Source of the DNA: a bacterium
GTDB taxonomy: Bacteria; Hinthialibacterota; Hinthialibacteria; Hinthialibacterales; JAKPRU01
NCBI GenBank assembly: GCA_035430965.1
Contig: DAOMHQ010000003.1
Coordinates: forward strand, 1 to 56,957
Reading direction: 5' to 3'
Length of the DNA: 56,957 nucleotides
The notes under the pieces are model-generated. The model had not been told where the DNA came from, searched no databases, and saw only the letters and a list, made by a program, of their open reading frames with translations. Position 1 is the stretch's first letter. Each line of letters begins with the position of its first letter. A program made the translations under genes and the position numbers. Of this stretch, positions 1 through 8,895 are shown piece after piece.

Positions 1-621
1 GAAATGCGGCGCTACACAGAACGCCTTGTCGAATCTAAACTTATCGAGCCGACGAAGAGTTTTGACGATCTCACGGAAGAAATCCCTTATGCACCGGGCA
101 AGCGCATTCAATTGGACCCTGCTGTTCGCAACTTTCTGTATTGGGAAGCGAACAACCGCCGTCGTCTTAGACTCCTGGAACAGTTGATACAATTCGACTT
201 ACGCATTTACGGCAACGAGGATTGGCTTTCCCTGACGGAGCATTCTCCGTTGCGAGAGCGATTCCATGGAAGAATCGACCCGGTGAAGGAACTACCCTCC
301 CTGTTCGCATCCGCGCGAATCAATATCAACATCCATAGCGTTCAATGCCATGGGAGTTTGAACCAGCGGGATTTCAACGGACCGGTCGCAGGTGGTTTTC
401 TGCTTTCGGACTGGGTTCCAGGGGCGGGACGCTACTTTCAACCGGAAAAAGAGGCTGCGTACTATTCGGGAATTGAGGACTTGCGGGCGAAAGTACGCTA
501 TTATCTGGATCGTCCGGCAAAACGTGAGGAAATCACCCGCGCAGGCCGGGAACGGGTCTTACGCGACCATACATACAGGCAAAGGGCACATCAACTTCTG
601 GAAACCCTGGGACTGATGTAA
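1..621 (+). CDS. Glycosyltransferase, CgeB/YkvP-like C-terminal domain (5' partial)
   Basis: The ORF is open to the left window edge. Its tail YYSGIEDLRAKVRYYLDRPAKREEITRAGRERVLRDHTY resembles the C-terminal Glyco_trans_1_2 domain of CgeB-type glycosyltransferases. The N-terminus lies outside the window. Confidence 0.5.
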   Translation, partial: EMRRYTERLVESKLIEPTKSFDDLTEEIPYAPGKRIQLDPAVRNFLYWEANNRRRLRLLEQLIQFDLRIYGNEDWLSLTEHSPLRERFHGRIDPVKELPSLFASARININIHSVQCHGSLNQRDFNGPVAGGFLLSDWVPGAGRYFQPEKEAAYYSGIEDLRAKVRYYLDRPAKREEITRAGRERVLRDHTYRQRAHQLLETLGLM

Positions 622-666
622 CTTATTCATTATTAAGAATATAAGCGGTATTCGGAGGTCTTTTCG

Positions 667-1671
667 ATGGCAAAACGGCTTGTTTCTGTTTTCATGGTTG
701 CAGTTCTGTTTCTTGGAATGGCGGTCGGAGGTTGGACCGAGGAGGCCAAGTCAGAAAAACCGCAGACCGAAAAGTCTAAAAAGACCGATGAGAAGAAATC
801 CGTGTTGCCGAAGTTGACTAAGGACGAGATCGCCGATTTGGACGGTATCATTATCGGTGTCTCCCTCCTGACACGCACTCACCAGTTCTACCGGGATCTC
901 GAAGCCGGGCTGAAAGCCCGAGCCAAGATGTACAAAATCGAACTGCGCATCGACTCGGCGGAGTTCGATCCCAACCGCCAGGCGGATCAGCTGGACAACT
1001 ATATTGTGCAGGGAGTGGATGCCATCCTGGTTTGCCCCTGCGACTCGCTGAGCATCGGCACAAGCATAGAGAAGATCAACAAAGCGCAAATCCCTGTATT
1101 TACAGCAGATGTGGCGTCGAAATCGGGAAAAGTGACCTGTCATATCGCCAGCGATAACGTGGCCGGTGGAAGGTTGGCTGCCAAGGCGATGGGAGAGGCA
1201 TTGGGAGAGTCCGGCGGGGATATTGTGGTAATCGATCACCCGGCGGTCATGTCCGTGATTGACCGCATGAAAGGTTTCGACGAGGAAATCAAGAAATACC
1301 CGAATGTGCGCATCGTCGGGCGGAATCCCGGATGGGGTAAACGAGATGAGGCGATGCAGGTCATGGAAAACTTCCTACAGAGCGTTCCGAATCTTGCGGG
1401 AGTGTTCGGTATCAATGATGATACAGCGCTGGGGGCATTAGCAGCGATTCAGGCCGCCGGAAAGGCCGGGAAGATCATTGTTGTGGGTTATGATGCCACC
1501 CCCGAAGCCCGTGAGAAAATCGACCAGGGGGCGATCTACGCGGATGCAATTCAATACCCGGAAAAAATCGGCACGCTCACCATGGATGCCATTGCCTGCT
1601 ATTTCGCGGACAAAAAGGTACCTAAAAGCCTTCCGGTGGAATGCGGGCTATACGGCACCAAACAGCCATAG
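667..1671 (+). CDS. Periplasmic sugar-binding protein (PBP1 / RbsB-like ABC substrate-binding family)
   Basis: It has an N-terminal signal peptide (LVSVFMVAVLFLGMAVGG) followed by a K/E-rich linker. The body is typical of ribose/galactose-type binding proteins (DGIIIGVS, VDAILVCP, IPVFTADV, IASDNVAGG, VVGYDATPEA). Confidence 0.8.
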   Translation: MAKRLVSVFMVAVLFLGMAVGGWTEEAKSEKPQTEKSKKTDEKKSVLPKLTKDEIADLDGIIIGVSLLTRTHQFYRDLEAGLKARAKMYKIELRIDSAEFDPNRQADQLDNYIVQGVDAILVCPCDSLSIGTSIEKINKAQIPVFTADVASKSGKVTCHIASDNVAGGRLAAKAMGEALGESGGDIVVIDHPAVMSVIDRMKGFDEEIKKYPNVRIVGRNPGWGKRDEAMQVMENFLQSVPNLAGVFGINDDTALGALAAIQAAGKAGKIIVVGYDATPEAREKIDQGAIYADAIQYPEKIGTLTMDAIACYFADKKVPKSLPVECGLYGTKQP

Positions 1672-1709
1672 GTCAATCCATCTTTTTTTCAAAATTTCTC
1701 CGATTGACC
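1671..1709. other. Inverted repeat GGTCAATC / GATTGACC with a 23-nt T-rich spacer
   Basis: The 8-bp arms sit at 1671-1678 and 1702-1709. The element starts at the last base of the sugar-binding protein stop codon and lies upstream of the next ORF. It could be a terminator-like structure or an operator; there is no downstream U-tract. Confidence 0.25.
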
Positions 1710-1779
1710 CTATGGATTTTTGGGAACGTGTCGATATAATATGATACGGTATATTATATTTTGCGGCGGTGTGACTTCA

Positions 1780-2286
1780 ATGGCCAACTTTCCTTTCGGA
1801 TTCGGATTCATTGATAATATCCTGGCATCTCCGGTATTTGCACCGAAATGTCAGGGAAAGAATCCTTTTGGGATCGATTCCTTCTTTACCAGCTCACAGG
1901 TAGATTCCAGGCTCGTTCTTATGATCTTGGGTGGAATCACCCTTCTGAGCGTCGCCATCATCTATGGCACCTATCGGTATCAACGCTGGTGCAAGTTTAA
2001 GGAATTCGAGAACGAGATGAAGTCGCTCGACCTGAATCCCGAGCAGGAGGGTACGCTTGGGGATATGGTCCGACGGTACCAGGTCGGTGAACCGGTCCAG
2101 ATTCTTTATTCCCCGAAATTGTTCGATGATATGGCGACAGCCGAAATGAAGCGGATTCTGGGAAGCCAGGGTTCCGCAGAAGCAAAACAGAAGTTTATCG
2201 ACGCCATCTACAACATCCGGACCAAGACCTATCATCCCGATTGGGCCACGGAGACTCCCAGCGAGGCCTCTTCGTATGTCCGATAG
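1780..2286 (+). CDS. Hypothetical membrane protein
   Basis: This ORF has one predicted TM segment (LVLMILGGITLLSVAIIYGTY) and a soluble C-terminal domain, and I recognise no family. The start is uncertain: the ORF-track start at 1720 is TTG, and ATG candidates occur at 1741 and 1780. Confidence 0.4.
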   Translation: MANFPFGFGFIDNILASPVFAPKCQGKNPFGIDSFFTSSQVDSRLVLMILGGITLLSVAIIYGTYRYQRWCKFKEFENEMKSLDLNPEQEGTLGDMVRRYQVGEPVQILYSPKLFDDMATAEMKRILGSQGSAEAKQKFIDAIYNIRTKTYHPDWATETPSEASSYVR

Positions 2287-2302
2287 GATTCCCACCTTCC
2301 CA

Positions 2303-2340
2303 GGGGAGCGGGGGCATCTTGCCCCTGATGGAGGGCAATC
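2303..2340. repeat. GC-rich intergenic repeat, family B (core GGGGAGCGGGGGCATCTTGCCCC)
   Basis: The core contains the hairpin GGGGCA-TCT-TGCCCC. Near-identical cores occur at 21916-21938 and 31524-31546. This copy lies between two convergent genes. Confidence 0.6.
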
Positions 2341-2868
2341 TCACCCGCTCAGCCACACACGTAAAATTCCGTACGCCCAAATTCCCGCATAGCAAATCTG
2401 TTGCTGAATCCGGCTGAATGGGTCCGTTTTCCCGGCAAAGCGAAACAAAGCCAGAGTCCAAATCCCCATCATCAATTCCGAAAGCATTTCCGGCGAGAAA
2501 AGGTGACGAAACGGGTTGGTGATCGCATAAAACGTGATGTTCTGATCCGGCGGCCAGTCATATTGGACAAACGGCATCCAGAGGGGAAGGAAAGATCCGA
2601 GGTCACCCACCAAATGCGTCGCATGACCGGCAAACCAGCCCCACCCGCAGTCTTTTCCCCACAACCATCCGACCAATACCGAGCAGACCGCCACCGATGG
2701 GATGCTGTGCATGAAGTAGCGCCCGTACGGGGTAACCTGTAGAAGATCGTTCAGCCCTTTGTCAACAATATCCGGAACAAACGAGGCGACGACCGCCAAC
2801 GGGATCGACACCTTGAAGAATCGCGCGGAAGAGGCTGCAAAAGCCAAATGACCTGGAATGGGATACAT
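2341..2868 (-). CDS. Membrane-bound metal-dependent hydrolase, DUF457/YdjM-like
   Basis: MYPIPGHLAFAAS...DIVDKGL...HSIPSVAV...GHATHLVGDL is the multi-TM, His-rich pattern typical of the YdjM/DUF457 family. I chose the ATG at 2868 over the longer ORF-track start at 2919. Confidence 0.55.
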   Translation of the reverse strand: MYPIPGHLAFAASSARFFKVSIPLAVVASFVPDIVDKGLNDLLQVTPYGRYFMHSIPSVAVCSVLVGWLWGKDCGWGWFAGHATHLVGDLGSFLPLWMPFVQYDWPPDQNITFYAITNPFRHLFSPEMLSELMMGIWTLALFRFAGKTDPFSRIQQQICYAGIWAYGILRVWLSG

Positions 2869-2884
2869 CAACTCCCCCTTCTGG

Positions 2885-3016
2885 GGTGGGTCTGCCCATA
2901 AACGGGTAAGGGCAACCACGGGGGGTTGCCCCTACGAACCGATACGATCCGTACCCCCTCTGTTGTCGTAGGGGCAGGCCCCCGTGCCTGCCCGTTTATT
3001 CACCCCGTGCCTGCCC
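2885..3016. repeat. Compound imperfect palindrome / REP-like element downstream of fabF
   Basis: GGGGGGTTGCCCCTACGA (about 2921-2938) pairs with TCGTAGGGGCAGGCCCCC (about 2967-2984). CCCATAAACGGG pairs with CCCGTTTATT. There is an internal hairpin GGCAGGC-N6-GCCTGCC (2973-2992) and a direct repeat CCCCGTGCCTGCCC at 2980-2993 and 3003-3016. Confidence 0.6.
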
Positions 3017-3055
3017 AGTCATTCGTCACAAGGCCGCACAACCATAGAACCACGT

Positions 3056-4297
3056 TCATATCTTCCGGAACACCAGCACACAGTTCTGACCGCCGAAACC
3101 GAACGAATTATTCAGGGCAACAGAGACCTTGGCTTCTCGAGCGGTGTTTGGAACGCAGTCAATCCGGCATTCCGGGTCCTGGTTGTCCAGGTTGATGGTC
3201 GGCGGGATGGTTCCATTCGAGACGGTTTTTGCACAGACAATACTCTCAAGTGCACCCGCCGCACCCAGCAAGTGACCGGTCATGGACTTGGTGGAGCTGA
3301 CGGCGATTTTTTGTGCATGTTCGCCGAACAGAGCATTGATCGCCTGGGCTTCGGCCACATCGCCCACCGGGGTTGCGGTCCCATGCGCATTGATATAGTC
3401 CACGTCTTCCGGGGAGATCTCCGCATCTCGAAGTGCCCGACGCATCGCTTCGCGTCCCCCGCGTCCTTCCGGGGCCGGTTGGGACATGTGGAAGGCGTCC
3501 GCCGTCATGCCATACCCGACGACCTCTGCATAGACATTTGCATTTCGTTTGCGTGCATGTTCCAGTTCTTCGAGGACCAGAATCGCCGATCCTTCACCCA
3601 TCAGGAATCCGTCCCGATCCTTGTCGAACGGCCTGCTGGCATGAGTCGGGTCATCATTGTAGTGCGTAGCGAGGGCTTTCATATTACCGAATCCGCTGAC
3701 TCCGAGCGGAGTAATCGCGGCTTCCGTCCCCCCCGCCAGCATTAAATCGGCCTCATCCCGTCGAATCACATTCAGCGCATCGCCGATGCAGTGATTGCCT
3801 GTCGCGCAAGCCGTCACCACGGAAGTGTTCGGCCCGCGCAATCCATGACGCATGGAGATCATGCCGGAGGCCATATTGCCGATCATCATGGGGATCAAAA
3901 ACGGGGAGACCCGTCTCGGCCCCTTTTCCATCAGGATTTCTTTCTGGGTTTCGAGAATCTGCAAGCCGCCGATTCCCGACCCGACAATGCTTCCGAACCG
4001 ATCCAAGTCCTCCTTGTCCAATTCCAGTCCCGAATGTTCCACAGCCAGTGTTGCCGCTACGAGAGCGAACTGGACAAACAAGTCACAACGGGCCAGGTCC
4101 TTATCGGACGGGTCCAGGTATTGATCGAGGTTCTTCACTTCGGCAGCAATTCGACAGGCGTAGTTGGTTGCATCGAAATGCGTAACCGGGCCGGCGCCGC
4201 TTCTGCCGTTGATCAGGCTTTCCCAAACGGCGTCAATGCCGATGCCCACGGGTGAAACCACCCCCAAGCCGGTAACCACAACTCGTCTTTTCATCAT
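3056..4297 (-). CDS. fabF: 3-oxoacyl-ACP synthase II
   Basis: MMKRRVVVTGLGVVSPVG... has full-length similarity to KAS II, including the active-site context ACATG and the HGTATPVGD and GFGGQN motifs. GGAGG sits upstream of the ATG at 4297, so the 40-aa ORF-track extension was rejected. Confidence 0.95.
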   Translation of the reverse strand: MMKRRVVVTGLGVVSPVGIGIDAVWESLINGRSGAGPVTHFDATNYACRIAAEVKNLDQYLDPSDKDLARCDLFVQFALVAATLAVEHSGLELDKEDLDRFGSIVGSGIGGLQILETQKEILMEKGPRRVSPFLIPMMIGNMASGMISMRHGLRGPNTSVVTACATGNHCIGDALNVIRRDEADLMLAGGTEAAITPLGVSGFGNMKALATHYNDDPTHASRPFDKDRDGFLMGEGSAILVLEELEHARKRNANVYAEVVGYGMTADAFHMSQPAPEGRGGREAMRRALRDAEISPEDVDYINAHGTATPVGDVAEAQAINALFGEHAQKIAVSSTKSMTGHLLGAAGALESIVCAKTVSNGTIPPTINLDNQDPECRIDCVPNTAREAKVSVALNNSFGFGGQNCVLVFRKI

Positions 4298-4499
4298 TCC
4301 TCCAAAAGATCTGAAAGGTACTGATAAGCGAACAGCCCGGTAAGCGTCGGGGCTTTTCGGGCTGTTCGGATTCCATTCTATCCGTCGGAAACAGGAACCT
4401 TCAACCGGTGGTTCCAATCCGTCGAACGCTCTGCCGAACTTCGGTTTCTGACGGGTTCAGCCCGCATCAAGCGCAACTTGTGCCGCGGGCCACGTTCTC

Positions 4500-4742
4500 T
4501 TATTTCGCGGTCGCGTTTTTGATGTACGCGATGGCGTCCCCAACGGTCTGAATCTTCTCGGCCTCTTCTTCCGGAATCTCATCAATCCCGAAGTCCTCTT
4601 CGAATTTCATGACCAGTTCCACCTGGTCCAGGGAATCCGCACCGAGATCCCGCGTAAAATTCTTGTCCGGGGTGACCTCGCTGGGGTCCACCTTCAGTCG
4701 ATCGACAATGATCGCTTTTACCTTTTCTTCAATATCACTCAC
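4500..4742 (-). CDS. acpP: Acyl carrier protein
   Basis: This is an 80-aa acidic protein with the phosphopantetheine attachment motif [13 protein letters not shown]. Confidence 0.95.
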   Translation of the reverse strand: MSDIEEKVKAIIVDRLKVDPSEVTPDKNFTRDLGADSLDQVELVMKFEEDFGIDEIPEEEAEKIQTVGDAIAYIKNATAK

Positions 4743-4838
4743 GGATCGATACCTCCTGATTCGAGTTATTTCTTATGAATGTTCGTGGTTCCATCAGTTC
4801 CCACGGATAATGCTGCGAAAGAGATAGAATGACATATC

Positions 4839-5570
4839 TCAATTTGCCAGTCCACCGTCCACCACGATAACTTGCCCGGTAATATAGCCTGCCCGCTCGG
4901 AAACCAGAAAGGCTACCAAGTCCGCAACCTCTTGCGGTTTCCCGTATCGTCCCAGGGGAATCCGGCTCATAAGGTCCTCGCGAACCTTGTCCGGCAGGTT
5001 GACGGTCATCGCGGTTTCGATGAATCCGGGCGCGACGGCATTGACCGTGATTCCTCTGCCCGCCAGCTCTTTGGCGCTTGTCTTGGTCAGTCCGATCAGC
5101 CCGGCCTTGCTGGCGGAATAGTTCGCCTGGCCGGGATTTCCCATGATCCCCACGACAGAGGAGATATTGACAATCCGTCCCCATCGCTCACGGATCATGA
5201 TTCGCGCCGCTTCCTGGGTGAACAGGAACGACCCCTTCAAATTGATATTCAGAACAAAATCCCAGTCGCTCTCCTTTTGGCGAATCAGAAGGCCATCTCG
5301 TGTCACCCCGGCATTGTTGACCAGGATATCCAGGCCGCCGAACGTATCCACACAGGCTTTGACGGTTGCGGCGACATCTTCCTTGGAGGTGACATCCCCC
5401 TTGAAGCCCTTCAAATTTCCTTCGGTTCCCAGCTCGGACTCGCAGGTCTTCAGGCTTTCTTCGTCCACATCCACCACAGCGACTCGGCATCCATCGCGCA
5501 GCAAGGCTTGTGCGATCTCTTTTCCGATTCCCCGGCTTCCGCCGGTAACCAAAGCAATTCGTTGTGTCAT
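4839..5570 (-). CDS. fabG: 3-oxoacyl-ACP reductase
   Basis: It is an SDR with TGGSRGIG, NNAG and YSASKAG motifs. The start at MTQRIALVTGG (5570) overlaps the fabD stop by 4 nt (ATGA). Confidence 0.93.
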   Translation of the reverse strand: MTQRIALVTGGSRGIGKEIAQALLRDGCRVAVVDVDEESLKTCESELGTEGNLKGFKGDVTSKEDVAATVKACVDTFGGLDILVNNAGVTRDGLLIRQKESDWDFVLNINLKGSFLFTQEAARIMIRERWGRIVNISSVVGIMGNPGQANYSASKAGLIGLTKTSAKELAGRGITVNAVAPGFIETAMTVNLPDKVREDLMSRIPLGRYGKPQEVADLVAFLVSERAGYITGQVIVVDGGLAN

Positions 5571-6502
5571 GAGATTGAATCTCCGTCGTTCAGAATGGAA
5601 TCGAGTTCGGTCGGCGATCCGACCGAGATGCAGGGTTTTGCGGACCCGCATCCTTTTGCCAATCCGGCAAGCACTTTCCCCGGTCCGATCTCCAGGAACC
5701 GGTCACAAGGCAACTGCTCCATGGTTTCCATGGTTTTGATCCACTGGACCGGCGAATTGAGCTGTCCGGCGAGGTGTTCCCGGATCGTCTTCGGTGAGGA
5801 TTCCGGTTCCCCGGTCCGATTCGAGATCCAGGGAATCTCAGGTGTTCGGATTGAGATGGATTTCAAATACTCGGCGAATTCCAGCACTCCCTCGGAGAGA
5901 AGCGGGGAATGGAACGCACCGCTGACCGGCAAGGGAATGGCCCGCCGTGCGCCACGCTCTTTGAGTATCTCGCAGATACGCTCGATGCCGCTCTTATCGC
6001 CACTGACAACCGTCTGAATCGGTGTGTTTCGGTTCGCTACCACGACCTCGCCCTGCGGAAAGACCTCTTTGCACACCTCATCCACTTGAGATCCGTCCAT
6101 TCCGATCACCGCCGCCATCCCCCCCGGCCTTTTCAAACCGCAGTCGTACATGATCCGCGCACGGGTGGCGATAACGTTCAGCCCCGTCTCAAAATCCCAG
6201 GCCCCCGCCGCAAGAAGCGCGGCGTATTCGCCCGCGCTGTGTCCGGCGACCGCTACAGGCGTTATCCCGCGCTCCCCCAGATTGTGCAACAACATGGCGC
6301 TCAGTAGATAGATGCAGGGTTGCGTATAGACGGTCTTGTCCAGATCTTCTTTCGGCCCGGTCACGCAAAGCGCGCGGATATCCCGTCCGATCACCTGACC
6401 GGCCATATCCAGCCAGCCCCGGCATGAATGGGAGTCGATCCACTCGGCTCCCATGCCGACCGATTGCGATCCCTGGCCCGGAAAGAGAAATGCTGCCTTC
6501 AT
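5567..6502 (-). CDS. fabD: Malonyl-CoA:ACP transacylase
   Basis: It carries FLFPGQGSQ and the GHSAGEYAAL active-site motif. I preferred the ATG at 6502 over the TTG at 6517. Confidence 0.93.
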   Translation of the reverse strand: MKAAFLFPGQGSQSVGMGAEWIDSHSCRGWLDMAGQVIGRDIRALCVTGPKEDLDKTVYTQPCIYLLSAMLLHNLGERGITPVAVAGHSAGEYAALLAAGAWDFETGLNVIATRARIMYDCGLKRPGGMAAVIGMDGSQVDEVCKEVFPQGEVVVANRNTPIQTVVSGDKSGIERICEILKERGARRAIPLPVSGAFHSPLLSEGVLEFAEYLKSISIRTPEIPWISNRTGEPESSPKTIREHLAGQLNSPVQWIKTMETMEQLPCDRFLEIGPGKVLAGLAKGCGSAKPCISVGSPTELDSILNDGDSIS

Positions 6503-6570
6503 CAGTTCTTCAGCCAATTTCCATATATTTCCACAGGCTGGAAGCCTGTGCCACCCAGATTTTCCTCACA

Positions 6571-7551
6571 TTAAAATCTCATAACCGAAGCGCCCCAAGT
6601 CAGGCCACTTCCGAACGAAACCATCAGAACGATATCCCCTTTGACGATTCTCCCGTCGAGAATCGCCTCGTGCAAAGCAATCGGAATGGTCCCCGCGCTG
6701 GTATTGGCATATTTCTGCACGTTCACGACAAAACGCTCCATGGGAATTTCGAGACGCTCCGAAACGCCTTCAATAATTCGAAGGTTGGCCTGATGAGGAA
6801 TGAGCCATCGGATGTCATCCTTTGATAATCCACAATGCTTCAGGCAATCCAATGCCACGGAGGTCATCACTGTGACCGCATGACGATAGACCTCCCGCCC
6901 TTTCACCTGAATATAATGATGTCCCGCATCGATGGCCTCTCGGCTGATTGGGATACGGGAGCCGCCTGCTCTCTGGATGATCAGGTCGCCATACTGCCCA
7001 TCCGCACCCAGGATCGTGTGGAGCACACCGTTGTCGGGGTCCGGCCCAATGACCGCCGCTCCCGCACCATCGCCGAACAGAACACACGTGGCGCGATCGC
7101 CCCAGTCCACCGTCTTGGTGAGCAGGTCCACACCAATGGCGAGAATCCGTCGATATCGCCCCGATTCGACATAAGCCTGCGCGACAGAGAGCGCATAGAG
7201 AAATCCGGTGCAGGCTGCGGACAGGTCCACGGCCATGGCATTCTTGATCCCCAACCGATGCTGCACAATGCAGGCGGTTGCGGGGAAAATCTGGTCCGGT
7301 GTGATCGTCGCCACCAAGACCGCTTCGATTTCATCCGGTGTCACACCGGCACGATCCATTGCCTCGGTCGCGGCCACGACGGCCAGATCGGATGCCGCCG
7401 TATCCGCATCCGATACCCGGCGTTCCACAACACCGGTCCGCTCGCGAATCCATTCATCGCTGGTACTGACAATTTTCTCAAGATCTTTATTCGTTACCAC
7501 TCGTTCGGGCAGGCAAATCCCCGTGCCCAGAATCCTGGCATATTGAGACAC
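6571..7551 (-). CDS. fabH: 3-oxoacyl-ACP synthase III
   Basis: The evidence is a KAS III pattern (AACTGF active-site Cys, HQAN, GSGLTWGA). The GTG start at 7551 is preceded by GGAGG. Confidence 0.93.
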   Translation of the reverse strand: MSQYARILGTGICLPERVVTNKDLEKIVSTSDEWIRERTGVVERRVSDADTAASDLAVVAATEAMDRAGVTPDEIEAVLVATITPDQIFPATACIVQHRLGIKNAMAVDLSAACTGFLYALSVAQAYVESGRYRRILAIGVDLLTKTVDWGDRATCVLFGDGAGAAVIGPDPDNGVLHTILGADGQYGDLIIQRAGGSRIPISREAIDAGHHYIQVKGREVYRHAVTVMTSVALDCLKHCGLSKDDIRWLIPHQANLRIIEGVSERLEIPMERFVVNVQKYANTSAGTIPIALHEAILDGRIVKGDIVLMVSFGSGLTWGASVMRF

Positions 7552-7603
7552 TCCGCACCTCCTGAAAAATCCTGCTCTGTTAGTCTTCCGCTCAACGTGA
7601 ATT

Positions 7604-7624
7604 GGGCCGGACCAAGTCCGGCCC
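7604..7624 (-). other. Strong GC hairpin between plsX and fabH
   Basis: A perfect 9-bp stem GGGCCGGAC/GTCCGGCCC with a 3-nt loop sits in the 127-nt plsX-fabH spacer. It has no U-tract, so it is more likely an attenuator or processing structure than a canonical intrinsic terminator. Confidence 0.3.
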
Positions 7625-7678
7625 CGAATAAGGAGTCATTATTTTACAGCGTGCATCAAATTCGTCCAGAGAAACAAA

Positions 7679-8683
7679 TCAGCGCACGGCCACCGCGCTA
7701 AGCACATGCTCCAATTCTTGACGCATACTTTTTAGAAGATCGCCATGCGAGATGGTCTTCCGAGCGGTGCGGATGGCGCTGGCAAACGTCCGGGGAACCG
7801 ACCGTCCATGGCCGATCAGCACCAATCCGTTCGTGCCCAGAAGCTGCGCGGCTCCATACGTGCTGTAATCGCACTGGTCGACAAACTCACCGACCAGACG
7901 GTTTTTGGTGTTTCCATTCGCCACACCTTCCGGCGGATTCTGCAGAAAATCCTTGAACATGGACAGAATCATGTCTGCCAGTCCCTCGCCGAATTTCAGC
8001 ACGACATTGCCTACAAATCCGTCGCAGACAATGACGTCCACCTTGCCGTTGGGTATGTCCACGCCCTCCACATGCCCGATATAATTCAATCCCGATGAGG
8101 CCAGCAGTGGACCGGCGGCGAACACCAGTTCATTTCCCTTGGAATCCTCTTCGCCGATCGAGAGAAGCCCGACAGTGGGATTCTCTCGTCCCATGACTTC
8201 GCGCATGTACACCGACTGTAAGGCTGCCCATTCGAGCAGATGCTGCGGTTTGCAGTCCACCGTCGCGCCGACATCGGCCAGTAGACAGTGCCGGTTTTGT
8301 TTGGTCGGCATGAGGGTGGAGATACAGGGACGGCTGACTCCGGGCATGCAGCCCAACACAAAAAAGGCAAATGCGGTCGCAGCGCCGGAATTGCCCATGG
8401 AAATGACGATATCCCCCCGGCCTTCTTTCGCGAGCCGCATGGCGATACCGATGGAGGAATCCCGTTTCGATTTTACCGCCGAAGAGGGCGATTCGTGCAT
8501 CCCGACGACCGTGGGGGCATGAACCAGTTCGCAGCCCAGTCTTTCGGCGGCGTTCTGTAGTTCCTCTTCCCGACCGACCAGAATGAGTTCCGTAAGTGGG
8601 TCTTCCTCACGAAACAGCCGGACCCCTTCGAGAACATCCTCGGGTGCCCGATCTCCACCCATAGCGTCGATGATGATCGGCAT
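7679..8683 (-). CDS. plsX: Phosphate acyltransferase
   Basis: MPIIIDAMGGDRAP... has full-length PlsX similarity and holds the conserved position between rpmF and fabH. Confidence 0.93.
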   Translation of the reverse strand: MPIIIDAMGGDRAPEDVLEGVRLFREEDPLTELILVGREEELQNAAERLGCELVHAPTVVGMHESPSSAVKSKRDSSIGIAMRLAKEGRGDIVISMGNSGAATAFAFFVLGCMPGVSRPCISTLMPTKQNRHCLLADVGATVDCKPQHLLEWAALQSVYMREVMGRENPTVGLLSIGEEDSKGNELVFAAGPLLASSGLNYIGHVEGVDIPNGKVDVIVCDGFVGNVVLKFGEGLADMILSMFKDFLQNPPEGVANGNTKNRLVGEFVDQCDYSTYGAAQLLGTNGLVLIGHGRSVPRTFASAIRTARKTISHGDLLKSMRQELEHVLSAVAVR

Positions 8684-8691
8684 GAAGGTTG

Positions 8692-8871
8692 TTACTCCGA
8701 GACGGCAAAACGAACGCTACCCTTGTAATGGCCGCAATGAGGACATGCGCGATGAGGCAGATAGCTCTCGCGGCACTGGGGGCATTCCACGAGGTTGATC
8801 GCCTTCAACGCCTGATGAGAACGTCCCTGTCTGGTTCTTGCTTTCGACTTACGATGTTTGGGGTGAGCCAT
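8692..8871 (-). CDS. rpmF: 50S ribosomal protein L32
   Basis: This gene is absent from the ORF track (59 aa). Hand translation gives MAHPKHRKSKARTRQGRSHQALKAINLVECPQCRESYLPHRACPHCGHYKGSVRFAVSE. That has the L32 N-terminus and a CxxC...CxxC zinc ribbon, and GGAGG lies upstream. It holds the canonical position upstream of plsX. Confidence 0.9.
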   Translation of the reverse strand: MAHPKHRKSKARTRQGRSHQALKAINLVECPQCRESYLPHRACPHCGHYKGSVRFAVSE

Positions 8872-8895
8872 GCGGCACCTCCGGTTAAGAACTTA

